Part shown: one piece after another, positions 27,738-39,815 of the stretch
How the letters are laid out: each line of letters begins with the position of its first letter
Position numbering within the stretch: position 1 is the stretch's first letter
Source: Chiloscyllium plagiosum
Taxonomy: Eukaryota
Length of the DNA stretch: 64,000 nt
Direction: 5' to 3'
NCBI RefSeq assembly: GCF_004010195.1
Contig: NC_057711.1
Span: 75,719,579 to 75,783,578, forward strand
Program-made: the position numbers and the translations under genes
The notes under the pieces: model-generated
The model's database searches: none
What the model was told of the DNA's origin: nothing
What the model saw: the letters and a program-made list of their open reading frames with translations, nothing else

Positions 27738-28645
27738 AGATGACACCAAAATTGGAGGTGTAGTGGGCAGCGAAGAAAGTTACCTCAGAGTACAACAGGA
27801 TCTTGATCAGATGGGCCAATGGGCTGAGGAGTGGCAGATGGAGTTTAATTTGGATAAATGTAAGGTGCTGCATTTTGGGAAAGCAAATCTTTGCAGGACT
27901 TATACACTTAGTGGTAAGATCCTGGGGAATGTTGCTGTACAAAGAGACCTTGGAGTGCAGGTTTATAGCTCTTTGAAAGTAGAGTCGTAGTTAATAGGAT
28001 AATGAAGGCGGCGTTTGGTATGCTTTCCTTTATTGGTCAGAGTATTGAGTACAGGAGTTGGGAGGTCATGTTGTGGCTGTACAGGACATGGGTTAGACCA
28101 CTGTTGGAATATTATGTGCAATTCTGGCCTTCTTCCTATTGGAAAGATGTTGTGAAACTTGAAAGGGTTCAGAAAAGATTTACAAGGATGTTGCCAGGAT
28201 TGGAGGATTTGAGCTATTCGGAGAGGTTGAATAGGCTAGGACTGTTTTCCCTGGAACACTGGAGGCTGTGGGGTGACCTTATAGAGGTTTATAAAATCAT
28301 AAAGGGCATGGATAAGATAAATAGACAAAATATTTTCCCTGGGGTGGGGGAGTCCAAAACTAGAGGGCATAGGTTTAGGGTGAGAGGGGAAAGATATAAA
28401 AGACTGAGGGTCAACTTTTTCATGCAGAGGGTGGTACGTGTATGGAATGAGCTGCCAGAGGGAGTGGTGGAAGTTAATACAATTGCAACATTTAAAAGAC
28501 ATCTGGATGGGTATATGAATAAGAAGGGTTTGGAGTGATTGGGTGGGTGTTGGCAGGTGGGACGAGATTGAGTTGGGATATCTGATCGGCATGGGCAAGA
28601 TGGACCAAAGTGTCTGTTTCCATTCTGTACATCTGTATGACTCTA
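27738..28645 (+). mobile_element. CR1 LINE 3' fragment
   Basis: ORFs 27763..27990 and 28002..28538 (WQMEFNLDKCKVLHFG, RPLLEYYVQFW, VVRVWNELP). Same subfamily as 20835-21863 and 29437-33648. Confidence 0.92.
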
Positions 28646-29436
28646 AGACTATAATTCCAAACTGCGAGGAGGATGGTGTAAAACCTGAAAAGGACATTGA
28701 CAAGTTGGTGGAGTGGGCAATTAGGTGGTGGACAAAATTCAATTTGAAGAGGTAGGTGATAAATTTTGTTTTAAAAATTGGAGAGGCAGTATAAAGTAAA
28801 ATGTTCTACGCTAAAGGGTATGCAGGAGCAGATAAACCTGGGTTTAATTGTGAATAATTCATTAAAAATAGTACCGCAGGTAGTGATAGCATAAACAGTC
28901 TCCGGGCTTCATTTAGAGGAGCATGGGGGAGAAGATCAAGGAGGTTATGCTGAACTTGTACAAAACACCAGTTGGAGCTCAAGTGAAGCATAGTTCTGGG
29001 TGCTGCACTTCAGCATAAATGTGAATTCATTAAACAGCTTGCAGAAGAATCTGAAAATAAGGATCCTGGGGTGAGAAACCTCAGTTATGAAGACAGATTT
29101 AAGGGGAGGTGACAGTCCAGTATTATTATCTCTAGACCATTGATCCAGAGACACAGGTAGTATTCCTGGACACCAGATTAAAATTCCACCATGGTCAAAT
29201 CTGAATTCAATAAAAATTTGGATTTAACAGTCTAATGATGACCATGATTGGGAAAAACACATCGAGTTCACTCAATTAAGTTTTTGGTTAATACAATGTT
29301 GATAGTACAATATTCAAAGATTGTAATGCCAATGACCTCCAAGGGAAGATGGTTAGATACTGTCCTGTTGGGTTTGCTCATTGTGAATGTTACTTGTTAC
29401 TTATGCTGTCTAGGTCGGGTTGCATAACAGCACATT

Positions 29437-32400
29437 AAGGATTCTGGGTAATTCAAGATGGAGGATGGGAAAAATTTCTGGCTGGAACAGCTGCTCTTTT
29501 TTGAGGTATTTTAGGTGGAGGTGATTTCCTCAAATTCCAGGAGCAGCAATTACTGTTTTATATGCTGTTGCATTGTTTTGGAACTTTGAGGGAATAAAAG
29601 TCAAAAACAACAGCAGTTTAAAAAGGGAGAAGGAACAGACAAAGGATGCATATGGTGAGTTCAGTGCAGGAGTGAGAGAGAAAGAAACTGACACCACAAT
29701 GTACCTGCACAGTACTGCTTTTGCTGTTTGAATTCATGTATCACTGGACATCAGATTGCGTCTGGGAAAAATAACAAACAGCGAAATTCACAACTGATCT
29801 TGGAGGAACTGTTTGGGTGAAGTTCACAGCACAGAATCAGATAGGTGTATTGTTTTAAGTGTGGCCTACAGAAAGTCTGCAGTAGTAAGTGGGGTGGGTT
29901 CTTTCTTGATTATATGTTTTTGGAGATATGTCTCTTGATTAAACTTAAAATATAAGCCATAACTATTAATTTAACCTGGGCATTGTTTTGTAGAGGAATA
30001 AGATGGTATCATTTTCTGGTAGATTGTGAAGGAGCAAAAATGGCCTTTAGTAGAGTGATATACACTTCTTGTCAGATGTGGGAGTTTAAAGAGTGTTTAA
30101 GGGTTACAGCGGATTATATCTGCAATACATGCTGTTGCTTGAGAATCTTATCAGATCAAATGGATCGGTTGGAGAGACAGTTAGAAGCAATGAAGAATTT
30201 ACAAAAGCAACAGTATGTGATGGATGGCAGTTATAAGAAGGGGGGAAAGTCTCTGATACAGTCACATAGATGGGTGAACTCTAGGAAAAGTAAGAGAGGT
30301 AGGCAGCTAGTGCAGGAGCCTTCTGTGGCTATACCCATTTCAAACAAGTATGCTGACTTGGAAAATATAGGGTGTAATGGATTCTCAGGGGAACGTAACA
30401 CGAACAGCCAAGTTTCTGGTATTGAGACTGGCTCTAATGCAATGAGGGGTACGTTGGGTTCGAAGAGATCAATTGTGTTAGGGGATTCTCTAGTCCGAGG
30501 TACAGACAGACGTTTCTGTGGCCAGCAGCGAAAAATCAGAATGGTGTGTTGCTTCCCTGGTGCCAGAACGAAGGATGTCTCAGAGGGTGCAGAATGTTCG
30601 CACGGGGGAGAGGGATCAGCAAGAGGTCATTGTACACATTGGAACCAACGACATAGTAAGGGAAAAAGTTGAGATTCTGAAGGGTGATTACAGAGAGTTA
30701 GGCAGGAATTTTAAAAGGTCCTTGAGAGTAGTAGTATCTGGATTACTCCCGGTGCTACGAGCTAGTGAGGGCAGGAATAGGAGGATAGAGCAGATGAATG
30801 CATGGCTGAGGAGCTGGTTTTTGGGAAAAGGATTCACAATTTTAGATCATTAGAAGTGACCTGTACAAGAAGGGCGGATTGCAGCTAAATTGGAAGGGGA
30901 CTAATATAATGGCAGGGAGATTTGCTAGAGCTGCTCGGGAGGATTTAACCTAGTAAGGTGGGGGGTTGGAACCCAGGGAGATAGTGAGGAAAGAGATCAA
31001 TCTGAGACAAGTACAGTTGAGAACAGAAGTGAGTCAAACAGTCAGGGTAGGCAGGGACAAGGTAGGACTAATAAATTAAACTGCATTTATTTCAATGCAA
31101 GGGGCCTAACAGGGAAGGCAGATGAACTCAGGGCATGGTTAGGAACATAGGACTGGGATATCATAGCAATTACAGAAACATAGCTCTGAGATGGGCAGGA
31201 CTGGCAGCTTAATGTTCTAGGATACAAATGCTACAGGAAGGATAGAAAGGGAAGCAAGAGAGGAGGGGGAGTGTCGTTTTTGATAAGGGATAGTTGAGAA
31301 CAGAAGTGAGTCAAACAGTCAGGGTAGGCAGGGACAAGGTAGGACTAATAAATTAAACTGCATTTATTTCAATGCAAGGGGCCTAACAGGGAAGACAGAT
31401 GAACTCAGGGCATGGTTAGGAACATAGGACTGGGATATCATAGCAATTACAGAAACATAGCTCTGAGATGGGCAGGACTGGCAGCTTAATGTTCTAGGAT
31501 ACAAATGCTACAGGAAGGATAGAAAGGGAGGCCAGAGAGGAGGGGAGTGACAGTTTTAATAAGGGATAGCATTACAGGTGTGCTGAGGGGGGGTATTCCT
31601 GGAAATACGTCCAGGGAAGTTATTTGGGTGGAACTGAGAAATAAGAAAGGGATAATCACTTTATTGGGATTGTATTATAGACCTCCTAATAATCAGAGGG
31701 AAATTGAGAAACAAATTTGTAAGGAGATCTCAGCTATCTGTAAGAATAATAGGGTGGTTATGGTAGGAGATTTTAACTTTCCAAACGTAGACTGGGAAAT
31801 CAGGGGGGCAGAAAGGGGACATGAAATAGCTTTGGCAAATGCAGTTAAGGAGAATGCAAAAGGTTTTGACAAATATGTCAAGGACAAAAGGATAACTAGG
31901 TAGAGAATAGGGCCCCTCAAAGATCAGCAAGACAGTGGAGCCGTAGATTGAGGAGATACTAAACAAGTATTTTTCATCAGTGTTTACTGTGGAAAAAGAC
32001 ATGGAAGATATAGAATGGAGGAAAATAGATGGTGACATCTTGAAAAATGTCCATATTACAGTGGAGGAAGTGCTGGATATCGTGAAACGCATAAAAGTGG
32101 ATAAGTCCCCAGACCTGATCAGGTATACGCTAGAGCTCTGTGGGAAGCTAGGGAAGTGATTGCTGGGCCTCTTGCTGAGATATTTGTATCATCGATAGTC
32201 ACAGGTGAGGTACCAGAAGACTGGAGGTTGGCTAACGTGGTGCCACTGTTCAAAAAAGTTGGTAAGGACAAGCCAGGGAACTTTCGACTGGTGAGCCTGA
32301 CGTCGGTGGTGGGCAAGTTGGTTGAAGGGAATCCTGAGGGACAGGCTGTACATGTATTTGGAAATGCAAGGACTGATTAGGGATAGTCAACATGGCTTTG

Positions 32401-33648
32401 TGCGTGGCAAATAATGTCTCACAAACTTGATTCAGTTTTCTGAAGAAGTAACAAAGAGGATTGATGACAGCAGAGCAGTAGATGTGATCTATATGGACTT
32501 CAGTAAGGCGTTCAACAAGGTTCCCCATGGGAGACTGGTTAGCAAAGTTAAATCTCAGAATACAGGGAGAACTAACCATTTGGATACAGAACTGGCTCAA
32601 AGGTAGAAGACAGAATGGTGGTGGAGGTTTGTTTTTTAGACTGGAGGCCTGTGACCAGTGGAGTGCCACAAGGATCGGAGCTAAGTCCTCTACTTTTTGT
32701 CATTTACATAAATGATTTAGATGCGAGCATAAGAGGTAGTTAGTAAGTTTGCAGGTGACACCAAAATTGGACATGTAGTGGACAGCGAAGAAGGTTACCT
32801 CAGATTATAACAGAATCTTGACCAGATGGGCCAATGGGCTGAGAAGTGGCAGATGGAGTTTAATTCAGATAAATGTGAGGTGCTGCATTTTGGGAAAGCA
32901 AATCTTAACTGGACTTATATACTTAATGGTAAGGTCCTAGGGTGTGTTGCTGAACAAAGAGACCTTGGAGTGCGGGTTCATAGCTTCTTGAAAGTGGAGT
33001 CGCAGTAGATAGGATAGTGAAGGAGGCGTTTGGTATGCTTTCTTTTACTGGTCAGAGTATCGAGTACAGGAATTGGGAGGTCATGTTGCAGCTGTATAGA
33101 ACATTGGTTAGGCCACTTTTGCAATTCTGGTCTCTCTCCTATCGGAAAGATGTGAAACTTGAAAAGGTTCAGAAAAGATTTACAAGGATGTTGCCAGGGT
33201 TTGAGGATCTGAGCTATAGGGAGAGGCTGAACAGGCTGAGGCTTTTTTCTCTGGAGCATCGGAGGCTGTGGGGTGACCTTATAGACATTTACAAAATTAT
33301 GAGGGGCATGGATAGGATAACGAGACAAAGTCTTTTCCCTGGGGTTGGGGAGTCCAGAACTAAAGGGCATAGGTTTAGGGTGACAGGGGAAAGATATAAA
33401 AGAGACCTGAGGGGCAACTTTATCACAGATGGTGGTACGTGTATGGAATGAGCTGCCAGAGGAAGTGATGGAGGCTGGAACAATTGCAACATTTAAAAGG
33501 CATTTGGATGGGTATATGAATAGGAAGGGTTTGGAGGGATATGGCCCCGTGCTGGCAGGTGGGACAAGATTGGGTTGGGATATCTGGTCGGCATGGACGG
33601 TTTGGAATGAAGGGTCAGTTTACTCGCTGTACAGCTCTATGACTCTAT
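29437..33648 (+). mobile_element. Near full-length inactivated CR1 LINE (5' UTR, ORF1 zinc-finger/SGNH esterase, ORF2 APE endonuclease and RT)
   Basis: ORF1 from ATG 30040: Cys-rich N-terminus, IVLGDSLVRG, VIVHIGTNDI. ORF2: [46 protein letters not shown] and RT motifs. ctctatgactctat tail. Multiple stops, a 277-bp duplication and an internal deletion. Confidence 0.93.
31015..31570 (+). repeat. 277-bp tandem duplication inside the CR1 ORF2 start
   Basis: agttgagaacagaagtgagtcaaac... begins at 31015 and again at 31292. Confidence 0.95.
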
Positions 33649-33849
33649 TTAATGGGAAGTTGATGTCAATGTTAACCTCCCTTCCCCTTCCCTTCTTATC
33701 CTCCCTGCCACCAACTGGATTCATTCCTCCCACTGACCAACCAGATTGTACCCTCTATCTGTCTTCACCTATCCCTACCTCATCACCCTACTTCCCCCTG
33801 CGACCAACTCGTCCCCCCAATATCTGCAGCTTCCTCCACACCCACCCCC

Positions 33850-33884
33850 AGTCCTGAAGAAGGGTTACACCCAAAACGTTGACT
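33850..33884 (+). ncRNA. Minimal type I hammerhead motif, G12 mutated (probably inactive)
   Basis: AGUC-CUGAAGA-A-GGGU(UAC)ACCC-aAAA-CGUU-GACU. Stem I AGUC/GACU and stem II pair perfectly, but GAAA reads AAAA. Confidence 0.7.
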
Positions 33885-35310
33885 TCTCCGCTGCCTAATG
33901 CTGCCTGACTTGCTGTGTTCTTCCAGTCTCCTGCCTGTCTGTTTTGGATTCCAGCATCTTCAGTTTTTTTGTTTCTAACCAGGTTTGTTCCACTGCGAAG
34001 TCTCTGCAAAGGATGGCCACTTTGAAGAAGTTCTCTGCCTCCCTCAGACATGCACTCAGTGAGGGACAGTTTCAAGCATAAGCTCTTCATCAAGAATGAG
34101 GGAGTGGTCCAAGGGAGCTGAGAGATAAATGGGAAAGGGGTGGGGCTGGGGGGAAGGTAGCTGGGAATACAATAGTCGTTCTTCGTCCAAGTGTCGGGTA
34201 GTAAATGTTTGGTGGTGGAGGCGACCCAGGACCTGCATTTCCTTGGTGGAGTGGGAGGGGGAGTTAAAGTGCTCGGCCATGGGGCAGTGGGGTTGTTTCG
34301 TGTGTGTCACGGGCATGTTCTCTGAAGTGTTTTGCAAGTAGGCGTCCTGTGTCTCCAATGTAGAGAAGACCACGTCAGGAGCAACTGATACAGCACCACC
34401 CTCATTACCTTTGTCCAAGCATAGCCCCCCCCCTTACCACCGTCCAAGGCCCCAAAGGACACACCAACTTCCCTCACCTCCATCCAAGACCCTGCAGGAT
34501 CCTTCCACATTCATCAGAGATTCACCTGCACCTCCATAGATGTCACCTACTGTACCCGCTGCTCTCGATGTGGTCTCTTCTACATTGGGGAGACAGACCA
34601 CCTACTTGCGGATCACTTAAGGGAACATCTCCAGGACACACACACACAAAACCACCCCACTGCTCCGTGGCCGAGCACTTTAACTCCCCTTACCACTCCC
34701 TCAAAGACATGCAGGTCCTGTGCCTCCTCCCCTGCCAAACCCTTAGCACTCAATGCCTGGAGGAAGATTGCCTCACCTCCCACCTTGGGGCCCTCCAACT
34801 ACATGGTATCAATGTGGATTTCACCAGTTTCATTTCACCTCCCCTTATCCCAGATCCACCCTTCCAACTCAGCACCACCCTCTTGACCTGTCCTACCTGT
34901 TCATCTTCCTTCCCACTCCCCTATTCGCTGCACACTCCTTTCTGACCTATCACCTTCACCCCAATTTCATTTACCTATGGCACTCTCAGCTACCTCCTCG
35001 CCCCAGCCCCATCCGCCTAGGGCCATCCCCTCATTCCTGAATAGCTCATGCCTGAAATGTCGATCCTCCTGCTCCTTGGATGCAGCCCGACGGCTTTGCT
35101 TTTCCAGCACCGCACTCTTTGACTCCGATCTCCCGTCTTCATTTTCTCCCAGTGCACTCAGTGACACCCTTTCTCACTGCCACAACGCCGTGGCGTCCTC
35201 AGGCCTCCAGCTCTTTGACCACACGATGAAACAAACCTGATACTACAGTGTCTAGATTAGAGTGGTGCTGGAAAAGTACAGTAGGTCAGGCAGCATCCGA
35301 GGAGCAGGAA

Positions 35311-35346
35311 AATCAACGTTTCAGGCAAAAGCCTTTCATCAGGAAT
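35311..35346 (-). ncRNA. Minimal type I hammerhead ribozyme motif, core intact
   Basis: AUUC-CUGAUGA-A-AGGC(UUUU)GCCU-GAAA-CGUU-GAUU. Palindromic helix III (AACGUU), GUU triplet, weak stem I. Lies in a 110-bp insert flanked by the 13-bp repeat cctgatactacag (35236-35248 and 35359-35371). Confidence 0.72.
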
Positions 35347-38099
35347 AGTCCTTCATCGCCTGATACTACAGCGACGTGACGTTCCTCAGCTGCTGTCTTT
35401 ACAACCATCTCCTCCCTGAAGGCCTCCAGGTAAATTTAAACCCACCTTTAATGCTCCATCCTTGCTATACTTCCACCGCCTCCACAACAGTTCTCTCTCC
35501 AGATTCTCCACTCCACCCTCTTGGCTTTGCAGAGGTATCTCCATTCCCTCTCCTCATCCCTCCCTCAGCTCAAAGCCTCAATTTCCCAAATGTGTTGGAG
35601 GACCGCTACCATTCTACAGAGAATTCTCCAGCTCAACAAATAAATCTTCGGTTTCATATCCGATATAAACAAAATCGGAAATTTTCAAAAACGTGTGCCC
35701 CAGGCTGCTGCCGCCGCCAATACCCATCAGGCCTTTCCAGCCCAATGCGACGTCCAGTTCCGGGTCAGTACCTGGGCCTTCACGACCACGTACTGTGACC
35801 CCTAAGTACTCACCCGCACTCTCCATCTCTGCTCTGGATGTCTCCTACACCGCCGCCCCAGATCTGCTGACAACAGCAGTCAGACTGACTTCTGGCTCCG
35901 CCCACTCTGCCAGCAAGTCTCAGACATCATTTCCCAGGGTCACCTCTGAGTCCTGTTACAGACCTGCAGCCAGCCCTCCCTCCTCACCCATCCACCCCTA
36001 CAACGCACCCTCCTCCTCCACCTTTTCCTCTTTACCTTACCCCCAGCACCCATTCCCACACCCCACCCCTCCTCACCTGCACCCATACCCCCACCCCAGC
36101 TCCTCCTCACCCACACCCATTCCCTCCCCGCACTGCCCCACCATCCAACTCTCACCCACCACCCAACTTCGCACGCTCCTGCCCCACCGAACCCATCTCA
36201 TCCTCGCTCAACTCCATCCTCACTCCCTTAGTTCAGGCACTTCCAACCTACATCCACAACACCAAGCACGCTCTCCATCTCTTAAGCAACTTCCAGTTCC
36301 CCAGCCCCCAGCACTTTACCTTCACTTTGGATGTGCAGTCCTGATACACGTCCACAGCCCACAAGGATGGCCTCCAGGCCCTCTGCTTCTTCTTCTCCAA
36401 TGGACCCAATCTAGTCCCCCTCCAAGAATGCCCTCCTCCGCCTCACCAAACTGGTCCTCACCCTCAACGTTTGCTTCAACTCCTCCCATTTCCTCCAAAT
36501 CAAGGGGGTGGCCCAGATGGGACCCAGCTACGCCTCTCTTTTTTTTAGGTATATGGAACAGTCCCTCTTCAGTACCTTGGGGCAAACACTTTGCCCCAAC
36601 TCTTCTGTCATTACATGAATGACTGCATTGGTGCAGTGTCCTGCTCCCAGGCTGATCTGCCTACAACTTCCACCCCGCCCTCAAATACACTTGGTCCATC
36701 TCAGATACTTCCCTTCCTTTTCTGGACCTCACCATCTCCATCTCCGGTGACAGCCTCCAGACAAGACGTTTACTACAAGTCACAGACTCCCATAGCTACC
36801 TGGGCTACACCTCCTCCAACCCATTATCCTGCAAGAACTCCATCCCATTCTCGCAATTTCTCCACCTCCGCAGCATCTGCTTGGACGAGGAGACAACCCA
36901 CTCGCGAGTATTCCAAATGTCATCTACTTTGAACAAAGTGCTTTTCCTCCCTCTGTCATCCAGACAGTCCTTCACCACACCACTTCCATTCCCTGTTCCA
37001 CTGCTCTAAACACCTAACACAATAAAGACAGAGTCCCCTTATCCTCACTTGCCATCCCACCAGTCTCTGCATCCAACGAATCATCCTTAAACAGGAAGGT
37101 ATCAACATTGAATTCCCCAATTTCAAATAACCTCCCTGCCCACCCCCCAACTCCCTTCCCAGCCCCTCCCCCTCCCTTCCACTGCTTCCTGCCACCAATT
37201 GGATTCTTTCCTCCCACTGACCAACCAGGTCATACTCTCTACCTATCTTCACCTATCCCCACTTCACCACCCTGCACCCGCCAGCCCCTTGATCTGCAGC
37301 TCCCTGGCTTGACTTCTCCACCTCCTGATGCTGCCTGGCTTGCTGTGTTCTTCAAGCCTCCTGCCTATTTTGGATTCCAGCATCTGCAGTTTCTTTTCCC
37401 CCCTATCAATGACATGGACTGCTTTCATCACAACTAACCCATTTTCAACTACTCATGGTCCCCGTTATAAGTGTTTTCTTTTTTTCCCTTCGCTTACCAT
37501 TATCAATCACTTTGTCTGTCTGCCTTTCTCTCTGGGCTCCATCTCTATCTATTTGCTTAATCCTTCCACCACCTCACCCCCTCGTCTTCAGCAAATATAA
37601 TCTTTTCCTAGCTATGAACAGTTCTGAAGAAGAGTCACTGGATCTGCAGCGTTAATTCTGCTTTCTCTCCACAGGTGCTGCCAGACATGCTGAGTTTCTC
37701 CAGCAACGTCTGTTTTCATAATCGATTATCGTGTTGTGGTTACCATTTATATTTGAAATTTATGAACTGAAATTCAACCCTGTGGTGAGATTTGTATCTA
37801 TATTCCCAGAGCACGAACCTGAGCCTCTAAAGTAGGGATGCAGTGGGAAAATCAACTGTGTCTCCTGATACGTGAAAAAAAGTAGTTACATTCCCTGGAA
37901 ATTAGAAGACTATTTTTATGTTTTCAAGATAGTGATGTAACCATATAGGTTAGATAGAAACAAATACTGCTGGTCTGGGGTTGAGGGTAAACATTAAAAA
38001 TAGAATCAGACCTTTCAGGAAATCCATCCACACCCAAAGGGATCACAAACTTTTGAAAAACCCTTCTAGAAACAGCAGTTACTGCTGGCTCCCTTCTCA

Positions 38100-39815
38100 G
38101 GAGTATTAGATAAACAAATGGTGCTAAAAATAGGTAAATCCCTTAGCCCTGATGGCTTGTTAGGATCCTAAAAGAGGGAGCCACAGAGTTACTGGATGCA
38201 TTGGTTGTAATGTTTCAAAAAAAAACTTGGACTCTGAAGTAGTACCAGAGGATTGAATACAATGTGACACACCCCTGTTCAAAAAGTGAAGCAAAAATCA
38301 GCTAACTCTGGGCTGTAATCAATTATTGGAAAAGTATTGGAATCAATTAGTAAGGAAGTAATAGTAGAACATTAGGAAAATCACAATCTAATCAAGTACA
38401 GCCCACATGGTTTCATGAAAGGGAAATCATATTTGAATAAGGTATTAGGGTTTTTCAAGGAACTTTCATGGATGGGGGCATGGGGGGGAAACCAGTAAAT
38501 ATGTTCAATTTGGACATCCACAGTATGTTCAGCAAGGAACCTCACAAAATCTTAAGTCAAAAGAGCCCATGGTGCTGGAAGTAGTGTATTGGCATGGATA
38601 GAGAATTGGCTAATGGGCAGGAAACAGCAAATGGCGATAAGGGGCTCTTTTTCAGTCTAGTGACCTGTAACTGGTAGGGTTACACATGGGTCAGTGCTGA
38701 GACTATAACAGTTTACAATTCATACTAATGACATAGAGAACGGAAATAAGTGTATTGCTAAATTTGCAGATAAGACAAAAATAAGTGGAAAAACAGGTTG
38801 CGAGAGGGATACAAACAGTTCACAGAAAGAAACAGAAAAGCAGGAATCGCAACAAATTTCTCTCCGGCACCATCTGCGGAGAGAAAAGTTACTATTTCAG
38901 GTGCCAGACCTGTTGAGTTTTCCCAGCAACTGGTTTTTGTTTCTGATTTCTAGCATTCCAGTTCCTTGTTTCTTTTTAAAGAGAGCTGCTGATAGGTTAA
39001 AAACATGGGCAGAAGTTCTAAACTGGAGTGTAATGTGGGATAATGTGAAGTTATTCATTTTGCAAAGGAAAACAAAAGATCAGCATTATTTAAATAGATT
39101 TTAAAAAAGACTTGAGGTATTTGTGCACAAAACCCATAAAGCTAGCACACAGGTACAGCAAATAATCAAGAAAGTTAATGGAATGTCGGCCATTATTGCA
39201 AGGGGAATGGAGAGAGAAGTCTTGCGGGAACCGTGGAAGGTGCTGGTGAGACCACATCTGGAGTACTGTAAGGCATTTTTGCTCCCCTTATTTTAAAATG
39301 TATTATTTCATTGGAGGCAGTTCAGAGAAGGTTTGCTAGTATGATCCCAGTTTCAGAGGGATTGTCTTAGGAGTAAAGGTTAATTAGGTAGGGACTCTAC
39401 TCACTGAAGTTTAGAAGAATTGAGAAGTGAGCTCATTGAAACGTTTAGGATTCTCAACAGGCATGACAAGGTAAATTCTGATGGGATGTTTCCCCTCATG
39501 AGAGAATCAAGGATCAGACAGCATGGTGTCAGAATTAGGGGTCACTAATTAAAGACTGAGATGAAGAGGAATTTCTTCTCTGAGGGTTGGGTGTCTTTGG
39601 AATTCCTTGCCATAGATAGCAGTGGGGCAGAGTCCTTGTGTATATTTAAAGCTGAGACAGGGAGATTCTTGATTAGTAGCAAATCAAGAGTTACAGGAAA
39701 GAACAGGATAGTAGACGTGAGGAGTGTCAGATAAACCAGGATCCTACAGGATGATGGAACAGTCCACAGGGGCTGAAAGGCTTATTTCTGATCTATTACT
39801 TATGGTCTTATGATC
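38100..39815 (+). mobile_element. Old decayed CR1 LINE with a PLE mini-element inserted at ~38825-38975
   Basis: CR1 remnants (catggtttcatgaaagggaaatca; aaatttgcagataagacaaaa; gtgagaccacatctggagtactgt) and a tatggtcttatgatc tail. Confidence 0.8.

Larger units (their letters stand above)
33655..37720. mobile_element. Cluster of nested Penelope-like element fragments (mostly +, with a - segment at ~34060-34390)
   Basis: GIY-YIG remnant (CSRCGLFYIGET) near 34555-34600. RT remnants at 36300-36900 (FTLDVQS; QIKGVA). Several pLTR ends with hammerhead-like motifs. Confidence 0.85.

Noticed and set aside
27486..28645. SINE-CR1 chimeric retrotranscript
   Set aside because: No TSD encloses both elements. 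Adjacent independent insertions explain it equally well.
35693..36622. 309-aa Pro/Ser/His-rich ORF
   Set aside because: An out-of-frame read through a C-rich decayed Penelope element.
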